A DNA stretch of 63,262 nt from an uncultured Candidatus Saccharibacteria bacterium (GCA_964638425.1 CAZWYM010000004.1:33301-96562), one strand, 5' to 3'; positions 34,483 through 43,610 are shown, numbered from the stretch's first letter. Notes: generated from the sequence alone by a model not told the origin. Program-made: numbers and translations.

Positions 34483-35679
34483 ATGGCGAAAGGCCTTCAA
34501 TTAAAGCAGGTAATGCTTGCAGTGGGAGTCTCTTTGGCTCTCGTCTCAGTGGCGCATGCTACGGGGAATGGTGACTCATCTCACGATGACCACGATCAGC
34601 AATCATCATGTAAAGGTATTCCTGGAACGTGTAACAACCAACCAGGGAAACCATGGTGGGCGAAGTTTCCAGGTAACCATGACAAGGATGAACACTATGG
34701 TGAAAACCATGATGCGCACCCGCAACCCAAACCACAACCACATCCAAACCCAGTCCCTCCGGCGAATGTTGAACAACAACAGCAACAAACGCAAACAAAC
34801 GGAGATGTCAACGGTACCGTAAAAGGTACCAATGAAATCAAAGACTCGGGCAATGGGTATGGTGGTGTTGCAAATGCAACGTCGAATGCTGGTGACCAGG
34901 CAGTATCAATTGATGCTGCTGACCGGTCAACAAGTTCAACGAAGTATAGTAGCAAGTCGTCATACATTGTCATTCCACCAGTTATGCCACCCATGCCTCC
35001 GATTGTTACGGAGCAAGGTGATGTGAAAGTGGAGGTGTTGGCGTGTGGTCCACTGCAAACAGTCGTTTCAGAAGATGTAAATGGTTTGTTTGTAGGGTTC
35101 ACCGGCAATGACAACGTCTATCTTGGGCGCGATGAAACACTCGCACCATACTTTGAAGACGGAAAGCGTATACGGTACTTTGAAGAGAAGCAGGGTGATG
35201 GTTCAGTACGTGTCTACGGACATCAACCAATAATCACAACTGCACTCCCGGCAGTATCGGGCGCCCGTCAGTTTGGTGTTGGCGGTTTCGGTTCTGGCGG
35301 TGGTGGGCAAGTTGGTGCTGGCACATCAGGTTCAATGGGACGACTTGTCTCAAAGATCCAGTTGCGCGAGTGTGAACTGCCTGGGTACAAGCTTGTTCCA
35401 AAAGATGTTGTACAAGAAGCACCAAAAGTTCAGTTACAAACAGGCGAGATACAAGTGCCAAAAAAAGTCACTCGTTCTTGCTATCGTGTAACCGATGATC
35501 ATCCACTAAACAAAAAGCCAGCAGGTATGGCAATTTGTCCAAGTCAGGGTGGTGTTCGTTCATACACAAGTACTGTTCCTGGTGAAAAGCGCGACATTAT
35601 CACCGAAGTAACAGCCGGCAAGAAGAAATATCTTGTCGACGATGCCACAGGCAAGTTTACAGAACAGGAGGTGAAGTAG
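34483..35679 (+). CDS. Secreted protein with a His/Pro/Gln-rich low-complexity N-terminal region
   Basis: ATG 34483 is preceded by acAGGAGaaataatt. Signal peptide MAKGLQLKQVMLAVGVSLALVSVAHA. No recognisable domain. Confidence 0.65.
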   Translation: MAKGLQLKQVMLAVGVSLALVSVAHATGNGDSSHDDHDQQSSCKGIPGTCNNQPGKPWWAKFPGNHDKDEHYGENHDAHPQPKPQPHPNPVPPANVEQQQQQTQTNGDVNGTVKGTNEIKDSGNGYGGVANATSNAGDQAVSIDAADRSTSSTKYSSKSSYIVIPPVMPPMPPIVTEQGDVKVEVLACGPLQTVVSEDVNGLFVGFTGNDNVYLGRDETLAPYFEDGKRIRYFEEKQGDGSVRVYGHQPIITTALPAVSGARQFGVGGFGSGGGGQVGAGTSGSMGRLVSKIQLRECELPGYKLVPKDVVQEAPKVQLQTGEIQVPKKVTRSCYRVTDDHPLNKKPAGMAICPSQGGVRSYTSTVPGEKRDIITEVTAGKKKYLVDDATGKFTEQEVK

Positions 35680-35707
35680 TTCTGTAGATTTGTAGTTCTT
35701 TATTAAC

Positions 35708-35740
35708 CAAAGCCCCTTCATTTTTGAAGGGGCTTTTTTT
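35708..35740. terminator. Bidirectional terminator between convergent genes
   Basis: caaagcccctTca-ttttt-gaaggggcttt-tttttt. Confidence 0.8.
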
Positions 35741-36200
35741 ATTCTTCAGAATCTTTGATGCCGAGGTATTTGGCAAGAATATGCTTCAGTCCACGTCGCG
35801 ATATGACTCCAATGGGTCGATTGTCATGGTCGACGATAGGGATGTGTTGCGTCTCTTGAGTAATCGCGGTGCTGGCAATGGTAAGTAGGGAGTCATCAAC
35901 ATGGACTGGCTGTATATCTACCGCCATGAATTCTGCGACCGTTTTGTCTTCAGCGCCTCGAACAGCTTCTTCAAAGCCCCTTTCTGTACCTAATTCTTCA
36001 AGGATATTTTCGGGGTCACTATACTCAGGGACAATAGCATTGAGTAAGTCTGAAACATTTACTTCACCCGAGAGCTTCCCGTCTTCATCAATAACGAGGA
36101 GCGAGTTCGTTTTCTTCGTAACCATGAGTGCTATTGCGTCACGAAAACTTGAATCTTCGCTTATGAGAACTGCTTCCTTTGTAAGGTCACGTATCTCCAT
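35739..36200 (-). CDS. CBS-pair domain protein
   Basis: Two CBS repeats (..AIALMVTKKTNSLLVIDEDGKLSGEVNVSDLL.. and ..AITQETQHIPIVDHDNRPIGVISRRGL..). The first ATG is at 36200; the track start at 36206 is TTG. Confidence 0.8.
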   Translation of the reverse strand: MEIRDLTKEAVLISEDSSFRDAIALMVTKKTNSLLVIDEDGKLSGEVNVSDLLNAIVPEYSDPENILEELGTERGFEEAVRGAEDKTVAEFMAVDIQPVHVDDSLLTIASTAITQETQHIPIVDHDNRPIGVISRRGLKHILAKYLGIKDSEE

Positions 36201-36277
36201 ATACAAGTAATGATACTCCTCAAAGTAAAACCGTCAATAAAAAAGTCGCGATAGGATATCGCGACTGCAGGATTCTT

Positions 36278-36706
36278 TTACGTATTTTTTAAGTGGAGTC
36301 CACGGACTCTGAGTGCTTGTAAGATGTGTGACCGAGATAGGGGTCCACATCCTTTGATTGCACGAAGGTCATCTCGTGACATCTGAAGAAGTTGACCAAT
36401 AGTTGATACTCGTTTTTTCTTAAGACAGTTGTAGGCTCTCCCTGGTAGGTTGAGCTTCGTAATTGATTGGGTCAAAAATGGTTCAGGGCTTGCATCATCT
36501 ATTGGAATGACTTCAAAAAATTGTCCGTGTCCGTCCTTGGCAATAACACAAATAATGTCGTGCAATCCAAGTATGGGCAGTTCTCCCCGTGGTGTTGTTA
36601 CGTGTGCAAATTCCTCTGTGTGTGGTTTTAATGCGGTCCCAGCTTTGAGGAATTCAATTGAATACTTCGAAATGACGGAACTTGGAATAATACGCTTTTT
36701 CAACAT
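36278..36706 (-). CDS. Stand-alone RNA polymerase alpha-subunit C-terminal-domain (alphaCTD)-like protein with an unknown N-terminal domain
   Basis: The C-terminus LNLPGRAYNCLKKKRVSTIGQLLQMSRDDLRAIKGCGPLSRSHILQALRVRGLHL aligns residue by residue with the alphaCTD pattern L.L..R..NCLK......IG.L......EL......G.KS..EI...L...GL.L. ATG 36706 lies 7 nt after aAGGAGa. Confidence 0.7.
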   Translation of the reverse strand: MLKKRIIPSSVISKYSIEFLKAGTALKPHTEEFAHVTTPRGELPILGLHDIICVIAKDGHGQFFEVIPIDDASPEPFLTQSITKLNLPGRAYNCLKKKRVSTIGQLLQMSRDDLRAIKGCGPLSRSHILQALRVRGLHLKNT

Positions 36707-36843
36707 GAACATTCTCCTTCTTTCAATGAATGAGTGACGTACAGTACGGAACTCTCTGCTCACGATTATGTTGTATTTTCTATAAAAGTCAACCAATTCT
36801 GAGTGCGTGGTATACTCTAGGCATCAGGATAAATAATTATTTT

Positions 36844-37563
36844 ATGCGTACAAAAATTCATTATATTGTTATCGCACTCCTTCTCGTTATTGGTGTTTCA
36901 GTAGCATGGATGGAGCAACATAGTGACGAGAGTGCGGGGGAGACTCCAGTAGTAGAGACCCCACAAGGAGAACAAAACACAAACGGTGATGCTGTGAACC
37001 GGCAGGTACCACCAACCGAGACACCAGACAGTGTAGGGCAAGAGGGGGAGAGTGGGACATTTCGTGGAGTACTCGAGAAAGTAGATGTTGGCTGTTTTGC
37101 TGACGGTGAATGTTTCGTCGAAGTAGACGGAAAGCACGTCACTGCCATCATGGGATGGACACAGGGTGTCGTCGGGAGTGTGCAGGGTGTTGATGGTTTT
37201 GGAGATCTCGAAAGTCACATAGGTGAAGTTGTAGAGGTCTACGCAGAGTTACAAGACGACCATACGTACACACTCTATGGCAATAGTGCGTACTACATTA
37301 AGCGTATTGAAGGTGCGAGTACTGCACCAGTAACAACACCAGGGAAAGGATGTGTTATAGGCGGATGTAGCGGTCAGCTCTGTACCGACGCGTCTTTGGG
37401 TGATATGGCGTCAACGTGTGAGTACCGTGAAGAATACGCATGCTACCAAACAGCGACCTGTGAACGACAAGCAACAGGGAAGTGCGGATGGACAGAAACA
37501 CAAGCGCTCACTCAGTGCCTCAACACGAAGAGTGGCGGACCTGAACGACTTGAGGTGCAGTAA
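36844..37563 (+). CDS. Membrane-anchored/secreted protein with a C-terminal eight-cysteine domain
   Basis: N-terminal TM/signal region IHYIVIALLLVIGVSVAW. The C-terminus GKGCVIGGCSGQLCTD....STCEYREEYACYQTATCERQATGKCGWTETQALTQC has 8 Cys. Confidence 0.65.
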   Translation: MRTKIHYIVIALLLVIGVSVAWMEQHSDESAGETPVVETPQGEQNTNGDAVNRQVPPTETPDSVGQEGESGTFRGVLEKVDVGCFADGECFVEVDGKHVTAIMGWTQGVVGSVQGVDGFGDLESHIGEVVEVYAELQDDHTYTLYGNSAYYIKRIEGASTAPVTTPGKGCVIGGCSGQLCTDASLGDMASTCEYREEYACYQTATCERQATGKCGWTETQALTQCLNTKSGGPERLEVQ

Positions 37564-37609
37564 CACCTGTTGAGTAAAATATATTTGAGAATAATTGATT
37601 GTGGTATTT

Positions 37610-40600
37610 ATGGAAGAATCACTTTTTAGGAGCGCATACGAACGACTCAATCCCGAGCAAAAGGACGCTGTAGATACCATTGAAGGTCCGGTAATGGTGA
37701 TTGCTGGGCCAGGGACAGGGAAGACACAGATTCTTACCCTTCGCATTGCAAACATCCTGCTACAAACAGATACGAAGCCAGAAAATATCCTCGCACTCAC
37801 CTTCACCGAGTCTGGTGCAAAGGCGATGAAGGAGCGTCTCGCTTCGTACATCGGTGCACCTGCTTATCGAGTGGCTATTCATACATTTCATGAGTTTGCA
37901 GGGAGGCTCATACGGCAATACCCCGATGCGTATCTGCGCTCGGTAGGAGGGCGTCACGTCACCGACCTTGAGAAGGTGACGCTCATAGAGTCTATTGTGG
38001 AGACACCGAGTATCAAGCTCCTCCGCCCTTCAGGCGCGCCAGAGTACTACATCAAGCCTATTATGAGTGCGCTCTCCTTAATGAAGCGTGAGTACATTAC
38101 ACCAGACCGATTTGCTGAAATTATAGAAACTCAGCAAGCGCATTTAGATGCAATTCCAAAAATGCATGAGAAAGGTGCTCATAAGGGGAAGGTGCGCAAA
38201 GAGTATCTCGATTATGAAAAGAAAGTAGGGAAGAACCGCGAACTCCTTTTTGTGTATCGTATGTACGAAGCAGAGCTTGCAAAGCAAGGACACTTCGACT
38301 TTGACGATATGATTTTTGAGACAGTGAAAGCCCTTGAGTCTAACGAGGATATGCTTCGCTCGGTACAGGAAGAGTATCAGTACGTGCTCGCAGACGAGCA
38401 TCAAGACGTGAACGGAAGCCAAAACAGGATTCTCGAACTCCTTGCCTCATTTCACGACCGCCCGAACTTATTTGTGGTGGGAGACGAGAAGCAGTCTATC
38501 TATCGGTTCCAGGGAGCGTCACTCGAGAACTTTTTATTTTTTGAAGAGAAATTCCCCCATACTAAAACAATTGCACTCACCAAAAATTATCGTTCAGCGC
38601 AAGGAATTCTCGACTTGTCACATGAACTCATTTCAGTTAACGCAGGCATTGCGCGTGAGTTACGCGTCCCGCTTACGGCGTTCCATACACACGAAGCCGT
38701 TATTGAACGAAGGAAGATGAGTCACGAAGCTGTAGAGGATAGCTCTGTCGTTCTACAGATTGGAGCACTTTTGAAAGAGGGTGTAGAGCCGGATGAGATT
38801 GTCGTTATTTTGCGAACGAATCACGAGGTTGAGTCACTCAGCACTCTTCTCCGTAAAGAAGGTATCGAGGTCGAGGCATCTGCAGATGGAGATATTCTTT
38901 CGCATCCACTTACAGGAACGGTACGTACACTCATGCGTGCCATTATAAGCGCGAGCGATGAACGAGCGCTCTTTGAGGTACTCCAAAGTTCCTACGTTGG
39001 CCTTCCAGCAAAAGACATTGTCCGCATCGCTCGAGCGCGTTCATACGCAACACCGCTACGCACCATTCTTGAAGATGCTGAAATCCTCAAGTCCCTTGAA
39101 CTCAGAGAACCCGAAAAAATTACGACCGTAACCGCATGTATTGCACATGCGCGGGAGCGCATGCTCATCGATGCGCCACACAGGGTACTCGAATACATCA
39201 TACGAGAAAGCGGACTCATGCAACATATTCTGACTATTGATCCCTATGAGGGCTCTCGGGTGGTACGTCGTCTCTATGATGAGGTGGAAGCGCTTGTTCG
39301 CCATGAAAACACCGTAACCCTTGCTGATGTAGAAGCTATGTTTGCTACTCGTGTACTCCATGGACTTCCACTCAACGCTCCGTATATCCGCACGGGTGCG
39401 CGCGCTGTACATGTGATGACCGCTCACAAATCTAAAGGTCTTGAGTTTGAGTATGTGTTTATCCCGCACCTTACTGATAATAACTGGGGAGGTAAGTCAC
39501 ACACACAACACTTTGCTATTCCAGTAACGAAGCAAGTGACTGAAGATGCTTTTGATGAGAATGAAGATGAGCGTAAATTGCTCTATGTTGCGATTACGCG
39601 TGCGAAAAAAGGTGTGTATGTTAGTGAGTCTGTAACCAATACCGAAGGGCGAACATTTCTTCCGACACGACTCCTTGAGGACGTGGGAACTACCCTCATA
39701 CACACGATTGATACTGAGAAATTTGAAAGTGACTTTGACCCAAGCGCATCAATTGCGACGAGTGAGAAGGGGGCTCCCCTTGATGTTTCGTATTTACGCG
39801 AGGTACTTACCGAGAGAGGACTTTCGGTGACTGCTCTCAACAATTACCTTCGTGACCCATGGAACTATTTCTATCGAAATATACTCCGTATACCTGAGGT
39901 GCAGGCTGAAAATGCACAGTTTGGTACGGTGCTTCATGAATCACTCCAGAGCGTGTTTACGTATCGCAGAGACAATGGGGGAAAGATGCCAAGCGCAACA
40001 CTGCTCAAAAAGTATATTGAAAACGAACTAGGAAAGTTGCCGATTGGTGCGAGTGAGTATGTTCGTCATCATGAGCGAGCGCTTGTTGCACTCACAAATT
40101 ATCTTGAGTTCATAAAGAACAACCTCCCGTCAGCAACAAAGGAAGAGTATGGTATTCAGGTTATGCTTCCGACAGGTCTTAAAGAATTTCCAGAAGTAAT
40201 GCTCACGGGGAAACTCGACCGACTCGACTTTGACGCCGAGGGGAGACTTCTCCGTGTTGTCGATTACAAGACAGGGAAGCCGAAGACGCGTGGACAAATT
40301 GAAGGCACGACAAAGGATTCAGATGGTGATTACAAACGTCAGCTCGTGTTCTATGTGCTCATGCTTCAACTTCAGGGACGTGAAGATATGATGACGCAAG
40401 AGGGGTTCCTTTCATTTATTGAAGCAGATGGAACAGGGAAGATACACGAGGAATCCTTCGTGATTACGAGCGAAGAGGTGGAATCTTTAAAGCAAGAAAT
40501 TATCAGAGTCGTTCACGAAATCACCCAGGGTACATTCTTAAGCGAAGCGTGTAATCCAGAGAAGTCAGATTATTGTGGGCTTGTTACTGAATTACAAAGT

Positions 40601-40615
40601 AGGAAGGGAATATAA
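37610..40615 (+). CDS. UvrD/PcrA-type superfamily 1 helicase fused to a C-terminal PD-(D/E)XK (RecB-like) nuclease domain
   Basis: LNPEQKDAVD...VIAGPGTGKTQIL, ..VLADEHQDVN.., ..VHVMTAHKSKGLEFEYVF.., ..LYVAITRAK... The C-terminus has ..GKLDRLDF.....LRVVDYKTGK....YKRQLVFY.. plus C-terminal Cys residues. Confidence 0.85.
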   Translation: MEESLFRSAYERLNPEQKDAVDTIEGPVMVIAGPGTGKTQILTLRIANILLQTDTKPENILALTFTESGAKAMKERLASYIGAPAYRVAIHTFHEFAGRLIRQYPDAYLRSVGGRHVTDLEKVTLIESIVETPSIKLLRPSGAPEYYIKPIMSALSLMKREYITPDRFAEIIETQQAHLDAIPKMHEKGAHKGKVRKEYLDYEKKVGKNRELLFVYRMYEAELAKQGHFDFDDMIFETVKALESNEDMLRSVQEEYQYVLADEHQDVNGSQNRILELLASFHDRPNLFVVGDEKQSIYRFQGASLENFLFFEEKFPHTKTIALTKNYRSAQGILDLSHELISVNAGIARELRVPLTAFHTHEAVIERRKMSHEAVEDSSVVLQIGALLKEGVEPDEIVVILRTNHEVESLSTLLRKEGIEVEASADGDILSHPLTGTVRTLMRAIISASDERALFEVLQSSYVGLPAKDIVRIARARSYATPLRTILEDAEILKSLELREPEKITTVTACIAHARERMLIDAPHRVLEYIIRESGLMQHILTIDPYEGSRVVRRLYDEVEALVRHENTVTLADVEAMFATRVLHGLPLNAPYIRTGARAVHVMTAHKSKGLEFEYVFIPHLTDNNWGGKSHTQHFAIPVTKQVTEDAFDENEDERKLLYVAITRAKKGVYVSESVTNTEGRTFLPTRLLEDVGTTLIHTIDTEKFESDFDPSASIATSEKGAPLDVSYLREVLTERGLSVTALNNYLRDPWNYFYRNILRIPEVQAENAQFGTVLHESLQSVFTYRRDNGGKMPSATLLKKYIENELGKLPIGASEYVRHHERALVALTNYLEFIKNNLPSATKEEYGIQVMLPTGLKEFPEVMLTGKLDRLDFDAEGRLLRVVDYKTGKPKTRGQIEGTTKDSDGDYKRQLVFYVLMLQLQGREDMMTQEGFLSFIEADGTGKIHEESFVITSEEVESLKQEIIRVVHEITQGTFLSEACNPEKSDYCGLVTELQSRKGI

Positions 40616-40653
40616 AAATCGCTCGTACGCAGAATGCGTACGAGCGATTTTTT
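40615..40653. terminator. Bidirectional terminator between convergent genes
   Basis: aaaa-atcgctcgtacgc-agaat-gcgtacgagcgat-ttttt. Confidence 0.85.
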
Positions 40654-40663
40654 GAATGAGAGG

Positions 40664-41434
40664 TTATTTTGCCTCTTCTCCAAGTTGTTTAATCACCGTG
40701 TCCACCATTTGCTTTACGGTTGCATATGGCTGAGCCCCATTGATAACACCTTGCTGGTCTCCAACCATGAGGATTGAGTATGGAGTACCGCGAGCACCCG
40801 TCTTAAGCGCAAGCGCAACATCGTCAGCAATCTTTTGAGTAAAGGTTCCTGCAGCAACGCACTCGTTATACTTTGCTTTGTTTACACCTGACTTTTCTGC
40901 ATACTCCGGAAGTTTTGTAAGATTCGTTGGTTCATTGGTTGTTCTATCTCCATATGCAAGTTCTGCAAATTTCCAGAACGCATCGTTGCCACCAAGACTT
41001 GCAACACACTCAGATGCTGCAGCGGTCTTTGGAGCATTTGGGTGAAGTTGTTCGAGAGGGAACTGTCGGAAGACCCACGCCACTTTCCCGTCTTTTCCGT
41101 ACTCTGCCATGATTTTAATCATGGTCTCGTGGAAATTTTTACAGAATGGGCAATCAAAGTCAGAATATTCGACAATCATAATTGGTGCGTTCGGGTTACC
41201 GTAGATATGATCCTTCTCAGTTACTGGAGCGATTTCAATTTCTGCAGTGACTTGATCATTTCCAGTGCCGGCACCTTTTTGTACTGGTGCGGTTTTTTGC
41301 ATACCGGTATAGACAATTGCTCCTGCAATGAGTGCAGCTGCAAGTACAATCGCCACAGGAATACCGAGCGAATTTTTCGCAGCAGCTAGTGGTCTTTGTA
41401 CGGGTGTACCTCCTTGTGTTGGTTCTGTTTCCAT
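40664..41434 (-). CDS. Membrane-anchored DsbA-like thiol:disulfide oxidoreductase
   Basis: N-terminal TM (IPVAIVLAAALIAGAIVYTG) and a thioredoxin fold with a CPFC active site (EYSDFDCPFCKNFH). Confidence 0.85.
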   Translation of the reverse strand: METEPTQGGTPVQRPLAAAKNSLGIPVAIVLAAALIAGAIVYTGMQKTAPVQKGAGTGNDQVTAEIEIAPVTEKDHIYGNPNAPIMIVEYSDFDCPFCKNFHETMIKIMAEYGKDGKVAWVFRQFPLEQLHPNAPKTAAASECVASLGGNDAFWKFAELAYGDRTTNEPTNLTKLPEYAEKSGVNKAKYNECVAAGTFTQKIADDVALALKTGARGTPYSILMVGDQQGVINGAQPYATVKQMVDTVIKQLGEEAK

Positions 41435-41513
41435 ATCACGTAAAAAACTATGTTAAGTAAATGTACAGAGAGTATATCATATCCGTATTTTGGCATGATA
41501 TACTAAGCAGTAT

Positions 41514-42323
41514 ATGGATATTTTTTCAGGCATTATCCTCGGCATCGTGCAGGGTATTACCGAGTTTTTGCCAGTATCGTCATCAGGACATCTTGTCCTT
41601 ACGCATGCAGTTCTCGGAGTTGAGGACACTTCCTCTCTTGCGTTTGATGCGGTGTTGCAACTCGCAACAGCACTTGCGGTTATTGTGTATTTCTTTGATG
41701 AGCTCTTTATTCTTGTACAGACAGTTCTCCGTAAGCTGGGAAGGCTCCCTGTAAATGAGAAAGATCTCACTATTGTTAAGGCACTTGCGATAGGTACAAT
41801 TCCAGCCATTATCCTCGGACTTCTCCTTGAGTCACTCATGGAGCATGCCTTCCGTAATCCTATTTTGGTTGCGGGGGTACTCGTTCTCGGCTCTCTCTTT
41901 TTTATGTACGCAGAGTACATGTACCAAAATAATTTTCATACCGGGGAGATTGATATGAAAACAGGATGGAAAATCGGTCTGTTCCAGACACTTGCACTTG
42001 TCCCGGGGTTTTCACGTTCCGGGGCAACGATTGCTGGAGGTATGCTTCTCGGACTCAGTCGAAATGACGCAACACGATTTTCATTCCTGCTTGCACTTCC
42101 AATTATTCTTGGTAGCGGACTCAAAAAATTGCTCGAGCTCATTTCATCAGACGCACCGGTAGCATGGGGCTCACTAGGGGTGGGTGCAGTCACAGCTTTT
42201 GTCGTGGGACTATGCGCAATTCACTTCATGATTACGTTTCTTCGTAAGCATACGCTCTGGCCATTCATTTGGTATCGTATTATCTTGGCGTTCTTTGTTT
42301 TGTTTGTAGCATTTTTTGGTTAG
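41514..42323 (+). CDS. uppP: Undecaprenyl-diphosphate phosphatase
   Basis: ..GITEFLPVSSSGHL.. and ..PGFSRSGATIAGG.. BacA/UppP motifs in a polytopic membrane protein. Confidence 0.92.
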   Translation: MDIFSGIILGIVQGITEFLPVSSSGHLVLTHAVLGVEDTSSLAFDAVLQLATALAVIVYFFDELFILVQTVLRKLGRLPVNEKDLTIVKALAIGTIPAIILGLLLESLMEHAFRNPILVAGVLVLGSLFFMYAEYMYQNNFHTGEIDMKTGWKIGLFQTLALVPGFSRSGATIAGGMLLGLSRNDATRFSFLLALPIILGSGLKKLLELISSDAPVAWGSLGVGAVTAFVVGLCAIHFMITFLRKHTLWPFIWYRIILAFFVLFVAFFG

Positions 42324-42336
42324 TAATATATAAAAT

Positions 42337-42831
42337 ATGGATATCATTTCACATGGACTATACGGAGGAGTTGCCTTCGGTCGAAAATCAAAGATTTCAT
42401 ATTGGAAGGCGTTCTTCTTTGGAATCATGCCCGACTTGTTTTCATTTGGGATTCTCTTTGCACTTTCAATTTTGAGCATCGCATCAGGTCCTGACTTTAG
42501 CGCAGGGCCACCAGACCCAGCATCTATCCCACAATACGTACATTCGCTTTACAACGTAACCCACAGCCTCGTAATTGCAGGGATTGTGATTGGTATCGTC
42601 TGGTTTGTACGAAAGAAACCACTGGTAGAGATGTTTGCATGGCCACTGCATATGCTCGTTGATATTCCAACCCACTCAAGCTCATTTTTCCCGACGCCAT
42701 TCCTTTGGCCTGTTTCCGATTTTCATGTTGATGGCATAAGTTGGGGGACGCCGTACATATTTATTCCAAACGTTATCCTGCTCATCGCTCTCTACACCTG
42801 GTTCTATTTTTCAAAAAGAAAGGCGCAATAA
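42337..42831 (+). CDS. Membrane-bound metal-dependent hydrolase-like protein (YdjM/DUF457-like)
   Basis: MDIISHGLYGG... His-rich N-terminus, 4-5 TM segments, ..HMLVDIPTH.. Confidence 0.5.
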   Translation: MDIISHGLYGGVAFGRKSKISYWKAFFFGIMPDLFSFGILFALSILSIASGPDFSAGPPDPASIPQYVHSLYNVTHSLVIAGIVIGIVWFVRKKPLVEMFAWPLHMLVDIPTHSSSFFPTPFLWPVSDFHVDGISWGTPYIFIPNVILLIALYTWFYFSKRKAQ

Positions 42832-42861
42832 AAAAATCCCAAGCATAGCTTGGGATTTTGG
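42831..42861. terminator. Bidirectional terminator
   Basis: aaaaaa-tcccaagc-atag-gcttggga-tttt. Confidence 0.8.
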
Positions 42862-42873
42862 TTTAGCAACTTG

Positions 42874-43200
42874 TTAGGAAACGTAATGGGTACCCACAGG
42901 GTCATCTTTGTCAGCATATGTAGGTACATAGATTTGTCCTATTGGCGCCTTGACCAAGATAGCTTCACTGCCGAAGTCCGCTACGAACAAAAGTTTATTT
43001 ACATCGCGTTCAAATACATCAAATTCTTCTGACGTAATACCGAGTTCTTCAGGCGTTACCCCGAGTGCTCGGAGAGGGAGAGGTCCCATCTTTTTTCCGT
43101 CACGCCGTACTTTACAGAGCGTAAATGCTAAGGCAAGTTCACGAATTCGTTCATCGCTCATTGTGATTTTACTCGCAATTCCAGTACCATCATTTGTCAT
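42874..43200 (-). CDS. Hypothetical protein (108 aa)
   Basis: ATG 43200 is preceded by agAAGGAGGaagt. A promoter-like TTGCGT-16-TATAGT lies upstream. No motif recognised. Confidence 0.6.
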   Translation of the reverse strand: MTNDGTGIASKITMSDERIRELALAFTLCKVRRDGKKMGPLPLRALGVTPEELGITSEEFDVFERDVNKLLFVADFGSEAILVKAPIGQIYVPTYADKDDPVGTHYVS

Positions 43201-43247
43201 ACTTCCTCCTTCTAAGAAACTAAGCCACCATTGACTTATCTGCGACA

Positions 43248-43275
43248 ACTATACCATAAATATTCAAATACGCAA
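43248..43275 (-). promoter_or_regulatory. Sigma-70-like promoter (TTGCGT-16-TATAGT) for the CDS at 42874-43200
   Basis: On the minus strand, -35 is at 43270-75 and -10 at 43248-53. Confidence 0.4.
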
Positions 43276-43610
43276 TAGCTCTGTAAAATAGGTTTTTACG
43301 CTCAAAAGGGCAGGGAGAAGGTGGCCTAGAAGTTAAGGAACAACGTGACTATAACTTCTGGTCTGTGGCCTAGGAAATAATGAACGTAGTGAATATATTT
43401 TCCTGGTCTGCCATCTTTCTTTTTCGTGGAAGAAAGATGGCCTTTCTTCTGCCAAAGAAGAAAAGTCGACCGGTGCAATTAAATAATTACGCTCAAAAGG
43501 GCAGGGAGAAGGTGGCCTAGAAGTTAAAGAACGAAGTGACTATAACTTCTGGTCTGACGTTTTTTCTTCTACACAGAAGAAAAAACGGCCCGCGCAATAA
43601 ATAATTACAC
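43261..43610. repeat. Composite array of direct repeats and hairpins, including two relic copies of the exonuclease gene 3' end
   Basis: 70-nt direct repeats at 43296-43365 and 43487-43556. Hairpins with constant GGCCTAG...CTGGTCTG flanks at 43322-65, 43366-43410 and 43513-56. T/A-arm hairpins at 43411-40, 43441-65 and 43557-87. Confidence 0.85.

Noticed and set aside
43261-43610. CRISPR array or integron attC sites.
   Set aside because: The repeats are not of constant length with unique spacers. The spacing is irregular (191 nt, then 118 nt). There are no cas genes. The hairpin flanks (GGCCTAG/CTGGTC) do not match the RYYYAAC/GTTRRRY attC cores, and no integrase is present in the window.
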